This document shows positions 23,095 through 36,130 of a stretch of DNA of 64,000 nucleotides, piece by piece (positions within the stretch are counted from its first letter, which is position 1; every line of letters begins with the position of its first letter). Source of the stretch: Cetorhinus maximus (taxonomy: Eukaryota). The notes below the pieces were generated by a model, which saw only the letters and a list, made by a program, of their open reading frames with translations, did no database searches and was not told the origin of the DNA. Location: the NCBI RefSeq assembly GCF_964194155.1, contig NC_135881.1, positions 165,416,001 through 165,480,000 on the forward strand, given 5' to 3'. A program made the position numbers and the translations under genes.

Positions 23095-24930
23095 AAAAGT
23101 TGTTGACTGTTCCTCGATTTGAGGATGACATCATCTAAGGGTTGCGGGTTTCTGTCATGGGCCTTAATGTGACTGAATGGGCCAAATTTTGACCCACAGA
23201 TCTTTGGACGCATGGACAGGGTGTCCTGCTAGGTAGTGGGATCTGGAGAACAGGATTTACTTTCTTTTCTTTCCTTCTTTGCCACCACTCTACCTCATCA
23301 TTAAGGCATTGAGACTCGAAGCATGATGCAACATGATGGACAAGTTGTTGCCATTTGGAACAATTGATAACAATCTCCTGCCAGTCATCAAAGTCAATGC
23401 TGCTGTGCTTCAAGGGGAGCTTTGGAGCGTTGCTGAAGCATTTTCTTTGTCTGCCCCTGGACCATTGGCCATTTGAGAATTGAGAGAACAGAACCTGGTG
23501 GGGGAGACTATTTTCAGCCATGTAGGCAGAGTGGCCAGTCCATCACAATTGATTTTGCAGGAGTTTTACCATAATGCTTGTGGGCCTGGCTTCAAGAAGG
23601 ACATTAACATTTGTTTGATATTCCTCCCATTTAATCCAGAGGATGCAGCAGAGGCATGGTGATGGAATTTCCCTAGTGCTCTTATGTGTCGCTGATACAG
23701 TCAAGGTGTCACAGCAATACAGGAGGAGCATAATGCCAACAACTGCTCAGTGCACTAAAACTTTTGTTAACATGTTTTTGAGGTCTTTGTTGTCAAACAC
23801 TCGCTGTCATAGTTGTAGAAAGTTAAACTGGTGCAGCTGATCCAATGTTGGATTTCCTTGTCATTGGTGATCTTTGAAGGGAGGTGACTGACGAGGTATG
23901 GGAAGTACTCGATGTGTTCCAGAGTCTCTCCTTCAACTTATATGGGAGGTGAAATATTTGACTGATCAGGTATGGGTTGTTCTGAGTTTTGTTTTGGCAA
24001 CGTTCAAAGACAAGCCGAGTTTCTTGTAAGCAGAATTGAAGAGATAGTGATTCGGAAATCTGGTGCAGAGCGGGCACCAACACTGCAGTCATCCATAAAC
24101 TATAGACCATGTATATCCATGTTGGTCAGTTTAGCTTTGGCATGAATGTTAGAGTTTTCCATCTAGACAGTATTTAATACTGATACCATAGGGCAGTTGC
24201 TCTTTGATGAAGTGAACAGCCACTGTCAAGTAGATTGTGAATAGCATGGGGGTTATCACACAGCCTTACTCGACCCCCACATAGATTTTCTGGGTGCCTG
24301 TTTCAGATCTCACAGTCAAGACAGCTGCAGTCATGTCATATCATGAAGCAAGATTGTGATGAAGTTCTTGGACATCCAAATCATTGGAGCACAATCACAA
24401 AGCCTTGCGATTTACTGAGTCAAATGCTTTGGTTAGGCATATGAATGCAATGAAGAGTTCCTGGTGTTATTCTTAACAATTTTCATGGATTTGTCTGGCG
24501 ACAAAAGACAATGTCAGAGGTTCCTCTGGAAGGCCTAACACAACACTGTTTCCAGAAGAATTTGTTCAGCCTCAGGAATGTGCATCAGGATTTTCCCTAC
24601 TGTGGGCAGGAGGGAAATACCTCTATTTTCCAAAGCACGATTTATCTCCCTTCTTGAAGATATTATAATTGTTGCATTTTTGAAGCCTGGGTGGGAGGGG
24701 AAGTTCTTTTTCCCCTCAAATCCTTAGTTGAGTGCATGGAGTCTTGATGTGAGCAAAAGTCTGCCAGCTTTGAAGACGTGAGCTGGACTATTATTGGGGC
24801 CGCAGGCTTTGTTGTTTTTCATCTGATTGCTTGGTGCAACTCTCCCGTTGAAGATGATTCACCCATGGATTCTACCACACAGTAGGGAATAGCCTGGAGG
24901 ATGTCAGTTGCCGCTGTGAATTCAAGTTGA
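23095..24930 (-). mobile_element. RTE-clade (BovB-like) LINE, degraded RT and C-terminus
   Basis: SLPHQVLFSQFSNGQWSRGRQRKCF (RTE C-terminal motif), LLYCCDTLT, IDLTKAFDSVNR-like RT motif near 24410-24445, and a terminal C2H2-like KICGSKFGPFSHIKAH. Confidence 0.8.
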
Positions 24931-24939
24931 AAATGACCC

Positions 24940-25420
24940 ATTTATCCCGGCACTCTGTTTACTGTTAGCCAGTCTCTATCTAAGCTAATATTATCATCCC
25001 CAACACCATCTTATCTTGTAGTAACCTTTTATGTTGCACCTTATTGAATGCCTTTTGGAATTCCAAATATACTACGTCTTCTGGTACCCCTTTATTCACT
25101 CTGTTTGTTACATCCTCAAAGAACTCTAATAAATTATCAAACACCATTTCTCTTTCACAAAACCCCCATGTTGACTCTGCCTGTTGTATTATGATTTTCT
25201 AAATGTCCTGCTACTTCTCCTTAATAATGTATTCTAGCATTTTCCCAATGACAGATGTTCGGCTAACTGACCTTTAGTTTCCTGCTTTCCTCCTTTCTTG
25301 GATGGTTATGTTACATTTTCTGTTTGCCAATCTGCTGGCTCCTTTCCAGAATCTAGGGAATTTTGGAAGATTACAACCGATGCATCCAATATTTCTGTGG
25401 CCACTTTCTTTTAGCCCCTA
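24940..25420 (-). mobile_element. CR1 RT fragment
   Basis: Reverse complement of gacgtagtatatttggaattccaaaaggcattcaataaggtg (VYLEFQKAFNKV) and an SVIGKMLE segment. Confidence 0.75.
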
Positions 25421-26689
25421 GAGGTTTGGAAGATTGTAACCACAGCCTCCGCTAACCCTCCCTTTATTTAGGGCCAGGAAGAGAAATCATTGACCCTGGT
25501 ACTTCTCCTGTTTGAGGCCCCTTATTTCCCACCTTTAACCCTCCCCTCAATCATACGTAATATTTTTTGCCCTTTCCAGATTCATCAATCAATTCACCAT
25601 GCAATCACAGAAAGGTCCTAGTAAAATGTTAATGCCCATTGTTGGTATCTGGTTACAAATATCCTCCAATATATATGCAGCATTGGTCATTAATATTAAG
25701 AGCAACAATGATATAATGCCGTGTTACTTTGTGTGTGCCCTATAGGTGATCCCACCGTGACTGTTAAACAAACCAGAGAGTACAAATTTTACTTTAACAG
25801 CATCATGCAATATTGCTAATTTAACAGGAATATATACCATTAGTTATGTGTAAGACTGTGCTCTATATATTGCACCATATTTGAGGAGAAGATTCAATAC
25901 TTGCAACCCAGATAAACTGCACAAATGATCTTTTCCATTCTGTAGAAGTACAAGACTTTGTTCTGCCTGGGTGCATGATATTATTCAATATAATTATTTC
26001 ATACAAGGGGTGTAATTGTATTCCATTTTATCAGTAATCTCACAGGGTAGAAAGATTAAATGACTCCTGAGCATCAAAGTGGAATAATTAAACAACATAG
26101 GTCTTCACTGTCAGTGAGAAGTGTTGAAGCCAATAGGTGTCTCTCTGCGACATAACTTTTAAGAGGCCAGAGGACAAAGCATAAACGGTTCACAATTGTA
26201 TCTGTGTTTTCTTGATCAGCAAGTCTGAACACTCTGCTGATTGCTGCTTCTCACCACAATATATTTTCAATATCAACTGTGCAGCACAACTTTATCACAA
26301 TATTTGAATAACTCAAAAAAAAACTCGTAAAAGCACCAAGATAGAGTGGGATAATAGGTAAGTAGACAAAATGACAATATTGAAGTCATTGGAAAAGACT
26401 CTTGAGACTCATGTGCAGTGTAAAACAGGTTGCTGATTGACTATGAGCCCAGTAGGCACACCTGTCCTAGCAGCTTCACCCCACAAAGCCTGTTCTCTCA
26501 AACGTCTATTAGCAACAAAATAAACAGAGCTACAGCCATGCTTCCATCCTCTGTTCGCAAGACAATAATGGATGACAAAAACCATCTAGCCCAGTTCATC
26601 TCATCCATCCAGAATGAGATACGAACATGCATACTAGGAGTAGGTATAAGCCATTCAGCCACTCAAGTCTGCTCCACCGTTTGATAACA

Positions 26690-26797
26690 TTGTCTACATT
26701 AGAGCAGTGACTACTACTCAAAAATACTGAATTGGCTGTAAAGAGATTTGGGACATCATGAAAGTTGCTGTATAAATGTAGGTTTTGAATTTCTTTC
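26690..26797 (+). mobile_element. DeuSINE/L2-type 3' tail fragment
   Basis: attggctgtaaagagatttgggacatcatgaaagttgctgtataaatgtagg resembles L2-derived SINE tails. Confidence 0.55.
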
Positions 26798-27313
26798 ATT
26801 ACACTTGCATGCAGTAGGCAGAGTGACTGTAGCAATGGTGAAATTGGAGGCCCAATGCTGATTCTCTAAGGATAATTAACCAGAGCAATCAACTGATGTT
26901 AGGACAGTGGCTACAAAGAAATACCTACATTTAACTCAACTCTGTAGCTAATACAACGTTACCATTCAGACTTCTCTGGCACCAACCCACAATATATCAT
27001 AAATGGCATCTGCCCCTTTTACCCGAATGACACTATCCCCAGGATTTTTAAATCAGACATTTACCAGCAGCTCAGGAATTTTTCAAAGAATGATGCATGG
27101 TACAAGAATTCAGTACAGCCTTAACTCAAGAACTGGATTCTTTCCCCTTCCCCCAGAAACTGTCGTGCAAATTGTGCTGTACACTGTAAATTTACAGCCT
27201 TTAGCTGGGCTGAACCTAGGGTGCAGTAGAGATTTGTAAAACTTTTCTTTAAGCAATCTCCTAATGACAAGTAGGGATTTCATTCCAAGATTTTGCAAGA
27301 ACAATAAAACGTG

Positions 27314-28339
27314 TGTTATGAAAGCCATACTTGTTGTGGAGAGCTGAGGTTGGGAACATCAACTCCCGATGGGACTTGGAACATTTGGCATACGCAGATC
27401 GGCTTTGTTTATGTTCTTTGGGAGAGTGCACCTGTACATAAAAGGAAACGGCGCAAAAACCCGGGTTAGGTGACCTGGAGTAGAGTGCCATCAAGAAGAA
27501 GAGTCCCAGGCAGGGGACAGGCCCCAGAGAGGGGACAGGGCCAGGCAAAGGTCCCAGTTCAGTTGAAAGAAGAGCCCCAGAGATGAGACAAGACAGGAAA
27601 AGGTCCCAGTTCAGTTAAAAAGAGGGGAGCAGAGAAACAGGCTCCAAACAGGAAAAGGGATGTGGGGAACAAACTTTAACTGAAGGAGGCAGCCGAAGGT
27701 TGGTGACTCCATGCTTTGGGCCCTTGGGGCAAAGATACTCCTTTGGAGCAGTAGTGTTCTACTCCACGTGGCCGAAGAGCTGAAATTGTGCTTGCGAGTT
27801 GGTGCTTGAATGCAGACTCAGAATCCAGGGGAACGGAATCTCAGGAGACAAGATTGAAACCTTCCGATGTGGGCTGCTGTTGATGCCGTTGAGTTGGAGC
27901 GACTTTTGGAGAGAGTTTCCAGGTTAGACCTTCGAAGGTGGAGACTGGAATCTCTTGTGAGAGAGACAGACTTTCAGTGAGATTTCTTGACTCAATGCTA
28001 CTGACTTCTCGGTGGGTTGTTGAGAAATCTGTGGTATCTGTTTTGGTTGCATTTGGCATTTATTGTGTAGTATATTCAACCAAAGTTTGCCTGTTAATTC
28101 ATACGTAGCTCATATTAACCCTGAATGTTAGAGTATAAAATAGATATTGTAAGTTGCTTTATCTTTCTGACCTTGTATAGTAAAGTTTATTTTTGTCTAT
28201 TCGAAACCTGTGGAATCTTGTGGCTTTACTCTCCAGGCAATTGTCTTACATCTCAAACTTTGTCTACTTTAAACAAAGCATTATTGGTCCCTAACTGAAT
28301 CTTACCAACAGTGTGGGGGTCTGGTCAAGGATCATAACA
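27314..28339 (+). mobile_element. Solo LTR, 1026 bp
   Basis: Perfect 8-bp inverted termini TGTTATGA...TCATAACA, 4-bp TSD cgtg/catg (one CpG-type change), AGTAAA at ~28179, internal short tandem repeats at 27500-27620. Confidence 0.85.
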
Positions 28340-29054
28340 CATGTGATAGTGAGTCAACACCCTGTTTTGCATCACTCTTGGTTTTAGTATCTTACTTTTG
28401 ATGAGGCCCATGATTCTCAAGCTTCTGGTACATCAACACAACATATCATCAGAATTGTGTCTACTTTAGGGCAGAATGAAAATTATATGCTGGCTTAAAT
28501 TCAGAAGAGAATTTTGAGAAGTGTACAGTATTTAATTTTGTTGTACTAAATGTTAAAAGTGAGCCCCTACCACCCAGATATTCAACACTCATGGCAGTAA
28601 CTGTGAAAAGGGACTGCTGCTGCTGACCTTCAGGCAACTTAGTGGTTTTCTGACGGGCTTTTGAAAAAAAAAAATCCAAACCACGGAGCTGCCCGAAGGT
28701 CAGAAGCAGCAGTGTAGTGAAACTGACCTGGGACCAGCTTTGGAACTGTCAGGCTACTCAGGCTGGGCAACGAGAACTCCATTCAAAACATCGTCTGGGC
28801 CCCCTTAGCCCGTAGGCCCTGGTGTTTGTCACTGTCTGCTCCCCCTCTTTTGGGCCCTGCCTTTACTACTTTTAACTAGGATACATTCATCCAGATCAGG
28901 TAACTTTCTACTTTGAGTTTTGCCAACCTTTTAAGTACCTCCTTTATCTGTGGAGTCACTGCCACTCTGGGGGCATCTCAGCAATAACAACCAAATGATC
29001 TGTTGGAAAACAGATTGATGGACTGCTGTGTCGCCCTGAAAGACCTTTGACTAG

Positions 29055-29806
29055 TGTTATGACCAATGCAGTTGGTAAAGTGGAGTTAGTTAAAATTCCC
29101 AGAGGGAAATTTTAAACAACTGTCACATCCTATACTTTAAGTGTTATGTTTGAGATGCGACTCTAAATTCAGGAATCAGTTCCTGAGGTTTTACATTAAA
29201 CCAATTGAAACATTTTATTAATTTATACAGGTTAAAAATATATATACGCATGGCTGCAAATTACTACTATCATAACTTTTAACAAATTCCCAAACTAATC
29301 TCCATTAAGGCAACAGCAACCCATAGACTTAACCAAACACCAGGTAAAGCATTTTCACCTTGCGAATTCAAAATGATGTTCTTTTCACTGTGGAGCCAGT
29401 TGGAGGCTTGCAGCTGCCTTTTGATCTTGCATTGCCTCTGCTCTGCACATCCGAAAATGACTGAAGTTATACCTACCACCACTGATTGAATTCAAATTCT
29501 CATTGCCTCACCAGTCTCTTTGAACTTTACCTTTTAACAATGAAACCCCATTCATTGTACCAATTTTGTTAGTAATATAAACATATTGCTTGGTAGCTGC
29601 TAGAAAGGCATCAAGTTTTCACCCCACTTCTTAAATGCTCTATTCAAAAAATGCAAATACACTCTACCTCTCTGTTTACATCTCAAACTAGTACATATCA
29701 AAGCACCCAGACTAGCTGACTTTAACCTAATTACCCACGGGCTAAACCTCTATTTTAAAAGAAAAATATTTTCCAAAGTATTATATACATTAATAACTTC
29801 ATGACA
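29055..29806 (-). mobile_element. Probable solo LTR, 752 bp
   Basis: TGTTATGA...TCATGACA termini (7/8 inverted) and minus-strand AATAAA near 29214; flanks ctag/ctca match only 2/4. Confidence 0.55.
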
Positions 29807-29860
29807 CTCATGCTGTACAAGGCTATGAGTGGCAGCGGTCCAAGCTTCCACTGTACACCC

Positions 29861-29960
29861 AGACCTGAAGAAGAGTCATATGGACTCGAAACATAACTCT
29901 GTTTCTCTCCCCATGAATGCTGCCAGACCTGCTGAGTTTTTCCAGCATTTTCTGTTTTTA
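29861..29960 (+). mobile_element. Penelope-like terminal repeat (family A) with hammerhead core
   Basis: CTGAAGA A GAGTC ATATG GACTC GAAA CATAACT followed by ctgtttctctcc...tgctgccagacctgctgagtttttccagcattttctg. Confidence 0.75.
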
Positions 29961-30990
29961 TACTCGTTGATCATTACTCTTGTTTCCTGCGACTAAGCAG
30001 ATTTTAGATTCAACTTGCCACTTGCATTGGGCCCCATGGGCTCTTACTTTTCTGACCAGTCTATCATGTGAGACCTTGTCAAAAGCTTTGTTAAAATCCA
30101 TGTGTGCTACATCAAATATGCTCCCCTCATCAACCCTCCTTGTTACCTCTTCAAAAAATTCAATCAAGTTAGCCAGACATGATCTACCTTAATCAAATCC
30201 ATGTTCTCTGACCCGTGCCTTTTTAAATTAGGAATTATACATTCCCTCAGATTTTTTGCAGTAATTTACAAGGATGTTGCTAGAACTGGAAATTTTCAGC
30301 TATGAGGGAAGATTGGACAGCTGGGGTTGTTTTCCTGGGAAGAGAGGAGGCAGAGGGAAGATTTGATTGAGATGTACAAAATTGTGAGGGGTCTGGATAG
30401 AGTGGATGGGAAAGACTATTTCCCTTAGCAGAGAGGTGAGTGACCAGGGGGCATAGATTTGAAGTGATTGGTAGAAGGATTAGAGGGGAGATGAAGAAAA
30501 AAACTTTCACCCAGAGGGTGGTAGGGATCTGGAACTCGCTGCCTGAAAGGGAGCTGTCTAGATATATACCTGAAGTTCTGTAACCTTCAGGGCTGTGGAC
30601 TAAGTGCTGCAAAATGGGATTAGCCTGGGTGGCTCGTTTTTCCACCAGTGCAGACATAATGAGCAGAGTGGCCTCTTTCTGTGCCTTAACTTTTTGTACA
30701 CTTTAAATACCTGCAGAGGAGGAACGTGCAGGGATGTGAGGAGAGGGCGGAAGAGTGGCAGTACGTGAATTGCCACTAAGGAGAGCCAGCACAGACACAA
30801 TGGGACCAATAGCTTTCTTCCATGCTGTAATGATTCTATGATTCTACTCTAATTTGCCTATCACAGAGATTCGGCCACCTGGCCTGTAATTACTTGGTTT
30901 ATTCCTCTGCCTCTTTTTAAACAATGATACAATATTAGCAGTCCTCTGGCACCATTCCTGCAGAGCAGATTGTTTTAAAATGATAGTAAG
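29961..30990. mobile_element. CR1 mosaic: minus-strand RT fragment interrupted by plus-strand 3' ends (~30265-30850)
   Basis: Minus IEFFEEVTRRVDEGSIFDVAHMDFNKAFDKV; plus strand gatttgattgagatgtacaaaatt and ctgtaatgattctatgattcta tail. Confidence 0.75.
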
Positions 30991-30994
30991 ATAT

Positions 30995-31686
30995 GTGATG
31001 GAATCTGTGAGTTTCAAAATTTGTATTTTTTAAGGCAGGCCCTAACTGTAAAGGGAAACTGAAGGTTTCTAGGCAAACTATGACTGAAACTGAGATTAGA
31101 AACCAAAACTTCTGGGGAAACTGAAACTGGTTGAAACCAAGTAAAAAGACACAGAGCCATCCAAGTTCAGATGATGATCCCGGTAGTGCAGTACAGGCAG
31201 GCTTAAGAAGATGGAGGCTGGATCCAGGATCTGGGAATAGGCAAATGCACAGTTGCTGCAGTTGTTTCTGTTGCTTGAAGATAGTATTATTGAGTCTACG
31301 CCATCAAGACCATTGTAAGCAGAGCTGAAGAGGTTGTGCGGATGTATGCCATTTTGGTCAAGACCTTCCCTGTGAGATTCTGGTTGGTTGGCTAAATTCT
31401 GGAAAAAGTGGAGTTTGAATTCTTCGTGAGAAAGGCAGAGTTTTGAAGGACTTTGGGGCTGAGATTGATAACATATATGCTGAGTAAATTTGAGATCAGT
31501 CTTAGTTGCATCTGCCTTTTAATGTGTAATTTATAGTTTATAATCAACCATATTTGCCTATTAATTCGTGTTTAATTTATGTTGACTTTGTATTTGATTG
31601 TTACAGTACAAGTTTTACTATGTGAAACCTTGTCCATCTGGGTTTTTCTTTGGTCCTTTTGGTTTTTAGTCTCTACGACCATCAAA
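30995..31686 (+). mobile_element. Degraded LTR related to 27314-28339
   Basis: Shares blocks such as gaattcttcgtgagaaaggcagagttt and tttgcctattaattc with the 27.3-kb LTR and interrupts a CR1 fragment. Confidence 0.5.
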
Positions 31687-32280
31687 GTAGCTATTTCCTC
31701 CCTGAGTTACCTGGGATGCATTCCATCTTGGCTTTGGCAGTTTATCCACTTTCAAAAATGCTAAAGCCCTTACTATTTCCCCTCAATGGAGCCTCATTCA
31801 ATATTTCACATTCCTCCTCCTTAACTACAATATGTGCATCCTCCCCTCTTTTGGACTTCATACAGGAATTACCTTTTTGATCTTTAATCCGTCCTCCTTT
31901 TCCCTTAGTTATATTTTTGCTCGTTATGAATTTATAAAATATCTTTGGGTTTTCCTTTTACTTGCCAGTATTTTTTTTCATGGCCTCCCTGTTGCTTTCC
32001 TAATTTCCTTTTCAGCTTAACCCCAAAACCCTGTGCTTTCGATATTCATCTAGACTTTAACTTCAGGTAGTTGTTTCCAGTCCACTTTTGAGAAATCACA
32101 TCTCAGAGATGTGAGTATAAGGCTTGCAGCAGTGTTAAGTGAGTGTTCATGTAAAACATATGAAGGTTAGGTATGAGCACTGATTGATAGCGATTGGTTG
32201 GTGAATGATGAGTATGTAGAGAATTGAGCAGTGGATAAGGCTAGTAATCCAGTTGAAAGGTCATGCTAATTAGTGATGAA

Positions 32281-32817
32281 CTCCCTCACCTTGACAACTT
32301 GTGTCAGATTGTTATAATTCTTGCTGCACTGCTAGGAGCAGCACACCTGGCATTGACGTCCACCTCCTCATTAGCATATGCTTAGAAGGCCTCCTGTTTC
32401 CCCCTCCAACCCCACCTCCGCATATACAGGACACGTCATTCTTTCCATCTCTTACACCAAGACATGCAGTGCATTATTTGAAAACCTAGCTGCTCGTGCT
32501 CTTGCATGTTCCGCCGTTTGCTCCAAGAAGCGCAGCCCAGATCACCTTTTGAAAAAACTCGAACCACTTCTGGTAGTCATAATGGACATACCTTTGAGAT
32601 GCAGGCTATCTTTAAGAAATGCTAGCCACTAGTGATATTGGCTCCCTGCTGATGTGTGCAGCCAATGAACAGCATGGGTATCACTGGCTGTATGCAGAAA
32701 TCATGTAAAAGAATAGGCAACAATTTAACAAATGGCATGCAAGGCACAATGAACGGGCAGTGTTATTCAAGTGCTATGGTCCCCATGCTGATTTTTGGGG
32801 CTGAGGCAAATTCTCCC
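32281..32817 (-). mobile_element. Harbinger transposon end with Myb/SANT-like DNA-binding protein pseudo-exon
   Basis: Minus translation with frameshifts: RARAARFSNNALHVLV*EMER...RRPSKHMLMRRW..VNAR...QCSKNYNNLTQVVK followed by a gtgagg donor; TIR-like aaattctccc at 32808-32817. Confidence 0.65.
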
Positions 32818-34737
32818 TATGTCTCCTTATTTACCCTCTGATTAATTTGCCTCTATTTTATTTGAAGATGGTTATGTTGCAACTGTTCCCATGACATCTT
32901 AAATGAATTCTGTTGCATTTAACTGTTTATCCTGTGCTATTATTCATCTTGGATACCAAGTTAACTTTTGAAATGGATTAATCACTTCAATTTAATTTTA
33001 TTATTTGATTTTAAGATTTGCAACAATTTGAAGTACAGAATCTCTAGATCCTTCGAAGAGCTAATTATGTTAAATTAGGATGAGGCAGTTTTAAGCTCCT
33101 TTGAAGTACAGACCATAATCTAAAAATCAGGAACAAAGCTCAACCTAATTAACCCTGTCTAGCTATAGCTGATAAACCATTCTACGTTTTACAAATGTAA
33201 CATTTGAGTTTGGGTATATACAGATTCTTGTAAATCTTTGTTTATTTTTTGGATCTCTCATAAAATTTCAACCTATGTTGTAGTTCACTGAACACGGCAG
33301 AAAAACTAATAATGCAGTGACTGAGTTGTATCGATAGTTTTGAAACGCAGTACTGAGCTGATTTCTCTGAAGTTCTTCTGATATCATTGAACTCCTCCAG
33401 TGCAAGTGGCTCAATAATTGATCCTGCTCTAATGTTACCAATTTACCCATTTGTACTTTAGAACAGATTCCATAACAACAGAGAGATTGTTGTGCACGAT
33501 TTGTGTAGTTGTTGAGAAGTTTTGAATAGGAATTGTTAGTTTAGTGGAACTTTTGCTTTTTGGGGAAGGTTCATACAGGCTAACGGCGGTAGACATTCTG
33601 TACATCCAGTAATACTCTAAGAGATCAGGCACTTACATGCAGACATGGTGGCCCTTTCAGAACTCGAGAAGTCTGGTTCATTTACACACAGTTGGTTCTG
33701 ATGGCACTCTTATCAACAAACCCTCCAATATAAAGAGGGCTTCAAAGGAATTGAAGTGACTGAACAAAAGGGAGACACCCAATGAATTAAAAGAACCAGG
33801 TAAAAATTGAGTGAAAGAAGATTGTTGAAATGTTGCTAAAATGAAGATTAAATCAAAGATAATCGGACTACAGTGCTACTCATATGCTAATACTTTACCT
33901 GCATATTAATCAAGTTAATCACAACACTGTCGCTACGTAGGCTTAGCATGAGACGTGTTTGAAATTTAAATTCAGATGAGGTAGTTCAATTGGCCCCTCT
34001 GTTCTCCTAATTTAGATCTGGGAATAAGTGAATGAAGTAGTTTCACAGCTGATGGATCAAAAAAAGCTGTAATGTGTGACTTGCTTTCTGGTCTTCCATG
34101 CTGTTCATATCAGAAGGGGAGGCATATTCCAGCCGGTGGGTACTGAGCTGCCTCTCTGTTGTATAGGTGGGTTCAGCTGATAGCAATCAGATAACAATGG
34201 ATGCTTGTGGCATTATAAGTTGCACCACCTTGTTTTATAGTGGTGGTACTGAAATCATGCTGCCATCTATTATATTATGGGAACGTAAATGGCACCTTAT
34301 TAGCCTATGGTGTGCTTTTGGAGGGTGCATGAAAATTTGTTTTCTCCCACCAGATTTTTTTCTCTTGCTGATTTTGCTCCATGCTCACAGCACTTTTAGA
34401 GTTCAGGCTGCATTGTGTTCTCTGGCATCTTTGGTGCAAGTTGGCCAATAAACAGTTGAAGGACCCTGTCTGTGCTCATGATCTTTTTTGTTCCCTACCC
34501 TTTGATGCAAATAAAAAATACGTACATTCATGATTGTTTTGTAGAAATGAGATTTTGTCTGTCTATCTAGAATCTTGCTACCAGTACAGATATGATGGCT
34601 CGTACAATGAAAGAACCATGCTTCTGGCATCCATTAAGTTAAATCATCATGTCTAAATTCACCACTAGTAAATGCCTTTCAAGATACTTGAAACCACTTC
34701 TTGGATAATGTCCAAGTATGTTTAAGATACTGTAATT

Positions 34738-35060
34738 TTTATTATTCGTTGTCAGGATGTGGACATTGCTGGCAGGCTGCCATTTCTTGCCTACCCCTAG
34801 TTATCCTTGAGAAGATGGTGGGCTACCTTCTTGAACCTCTGCAGTGCATGTGGTGAAGGTGGTTATACAATGTGGTTAGGTAGGGAGTTACAAGATTTTG
34901 TTTGCGTGTCAATGAAGGAATGCAAAAATATACTCCGGGTAACTTGGGGCTGATATTGTTCCCATGCACCTGCTCCCCAGGCGGTGGAGGTCATGTGTTT
35001 AGAAGTTGCTGCAAGAAAAGCTTTTGAAAGTTTCCACCGTGCTTCCTGTCGATCTACCTA
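34738..35060 (-). mobile_element. 3' end of the LINE family seen at 1-786
   Basis: ttaggtagggagttacaagattttg and ttgttcccatgcacctgc align with positions 1-170. Confidence 0.65.
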
Positions 35061-35367
35061 GCGTTTGTAAAAAATCTATTTTTAAGCATAAAATTATCAA
35101 CAGTATTTTGGGTAGAGTAGCATAATGATAAGCATTCTAAATGCATTATAAAGGAAGCAATTCAACAACATTTAGCAAGAGTAAATCCAGCACGACATTC
35201 AGAACATGAAGTATAATGCCAATAAATTTACTGGAATTACTTATGGCTTTAATAGAATTAGTCATTGAGAGTTATGTGGTTTAAACTTTGTGAAAATATT
35301 GATGAAGTACATCACAGGAAGGAACAAAATGAAACTATTGATGTAAATTAGGATGTATATACGTACG

Positions 35368-35615
35368 AATTAGGAACAGGAGAAGGCCAGTTGGCCCCTC
35401 GAGCTTGATCCGCCATTCAGTGAGTTCATGGCTGACCTGATTTTAACCTCAACTTCACATTCCTGCCTGCCCCCAATAACTTTCACAAGAGGAAACATCA
35501 TTTCCACATCCACCCTGTCAAGTCCCCTCAGGATCTTGTATGCTTCAATGAAGTTGCCTCTTACTCTTCTAAACTCCAGCGGATACAAGTTTAGCCTGCC
35601 CAGCTTTTCCCCATA
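35368..35615 (-). mobile_element. CR1 3' end
   Basis: YPLEFRRVRGNFIEAYKILRGLDRVDVEMMFPLV plus the 3' tail. Confidence 0.85.
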
Positions 35616-35639
35616 AAATTGGGGATGTATACAAGGTCA

Positions 35640-36130
35640 GAATTGGAGGAGCTCATATCTCAGAAGTCTAATAGGGCTGGGGGAGGGGTGGCAGAAGTAG
35701 GGTGGGGTGAGACCATTGAGTGATTGGAAAACAAGGATGTGTATTTTAAAATTAAGTTTTTTCCAAGCCGTGAGCCAACCTCACACAAGGGTGTTGGATG
35801 AACATGACTTAGTGCAAGTTAGGATACAGGCAGCAGTATTTTAGTTGACCTCAAATTTATGGAAGGTGTAATAGTCACATCTGGAGGTAACAAAGGCGTG
35901 GATGAGGGTTTGGGCAGTAACTGAGTCGAGGTAGAAGTGGAGTTGGGCGATGTTACAAATTGATGTAGGCAGTCTTGGTGATGGAGAGCGTATGTGGCTG
36001 GATGCTCATATCGGTATCAAACACATGATTCAGCCTCAGACAGTAACCAGGGCAAGGATGGAGTCAGTGGATTTGTGCAGGAACTAAAAACAATAGCTTC
36101 AGTCTCCTCTGAATCAACACTAAAGATAAC
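35640..36130 (-). mobile_element. Old L2 RT C-terminal fragment
   Basis: Reverse complement contains ctcatccacgcctttgttacctccagatgtgactatt (LIHAFVTSRCDY). Confidence 0.65.

Noticed and set aside
27500-27620. Short direct repeats with spacers that look superficially CRISPR-like
   Set aside because: Irregular degenerate repeats inside a solo LTR in a eukaryotic context, with no cas genes.
35319-35341. cag|GAAGGAACAAAATG as a candidate for the short upstream DTNBP1 exon (RKELETFK)
   Set aside because: It has no polypyrimidine tract, the peptide diverges after KE and there is no donor at the expected length. I could not find the neighbouring DTNBP1 exons by eye; they may lie outside the window.
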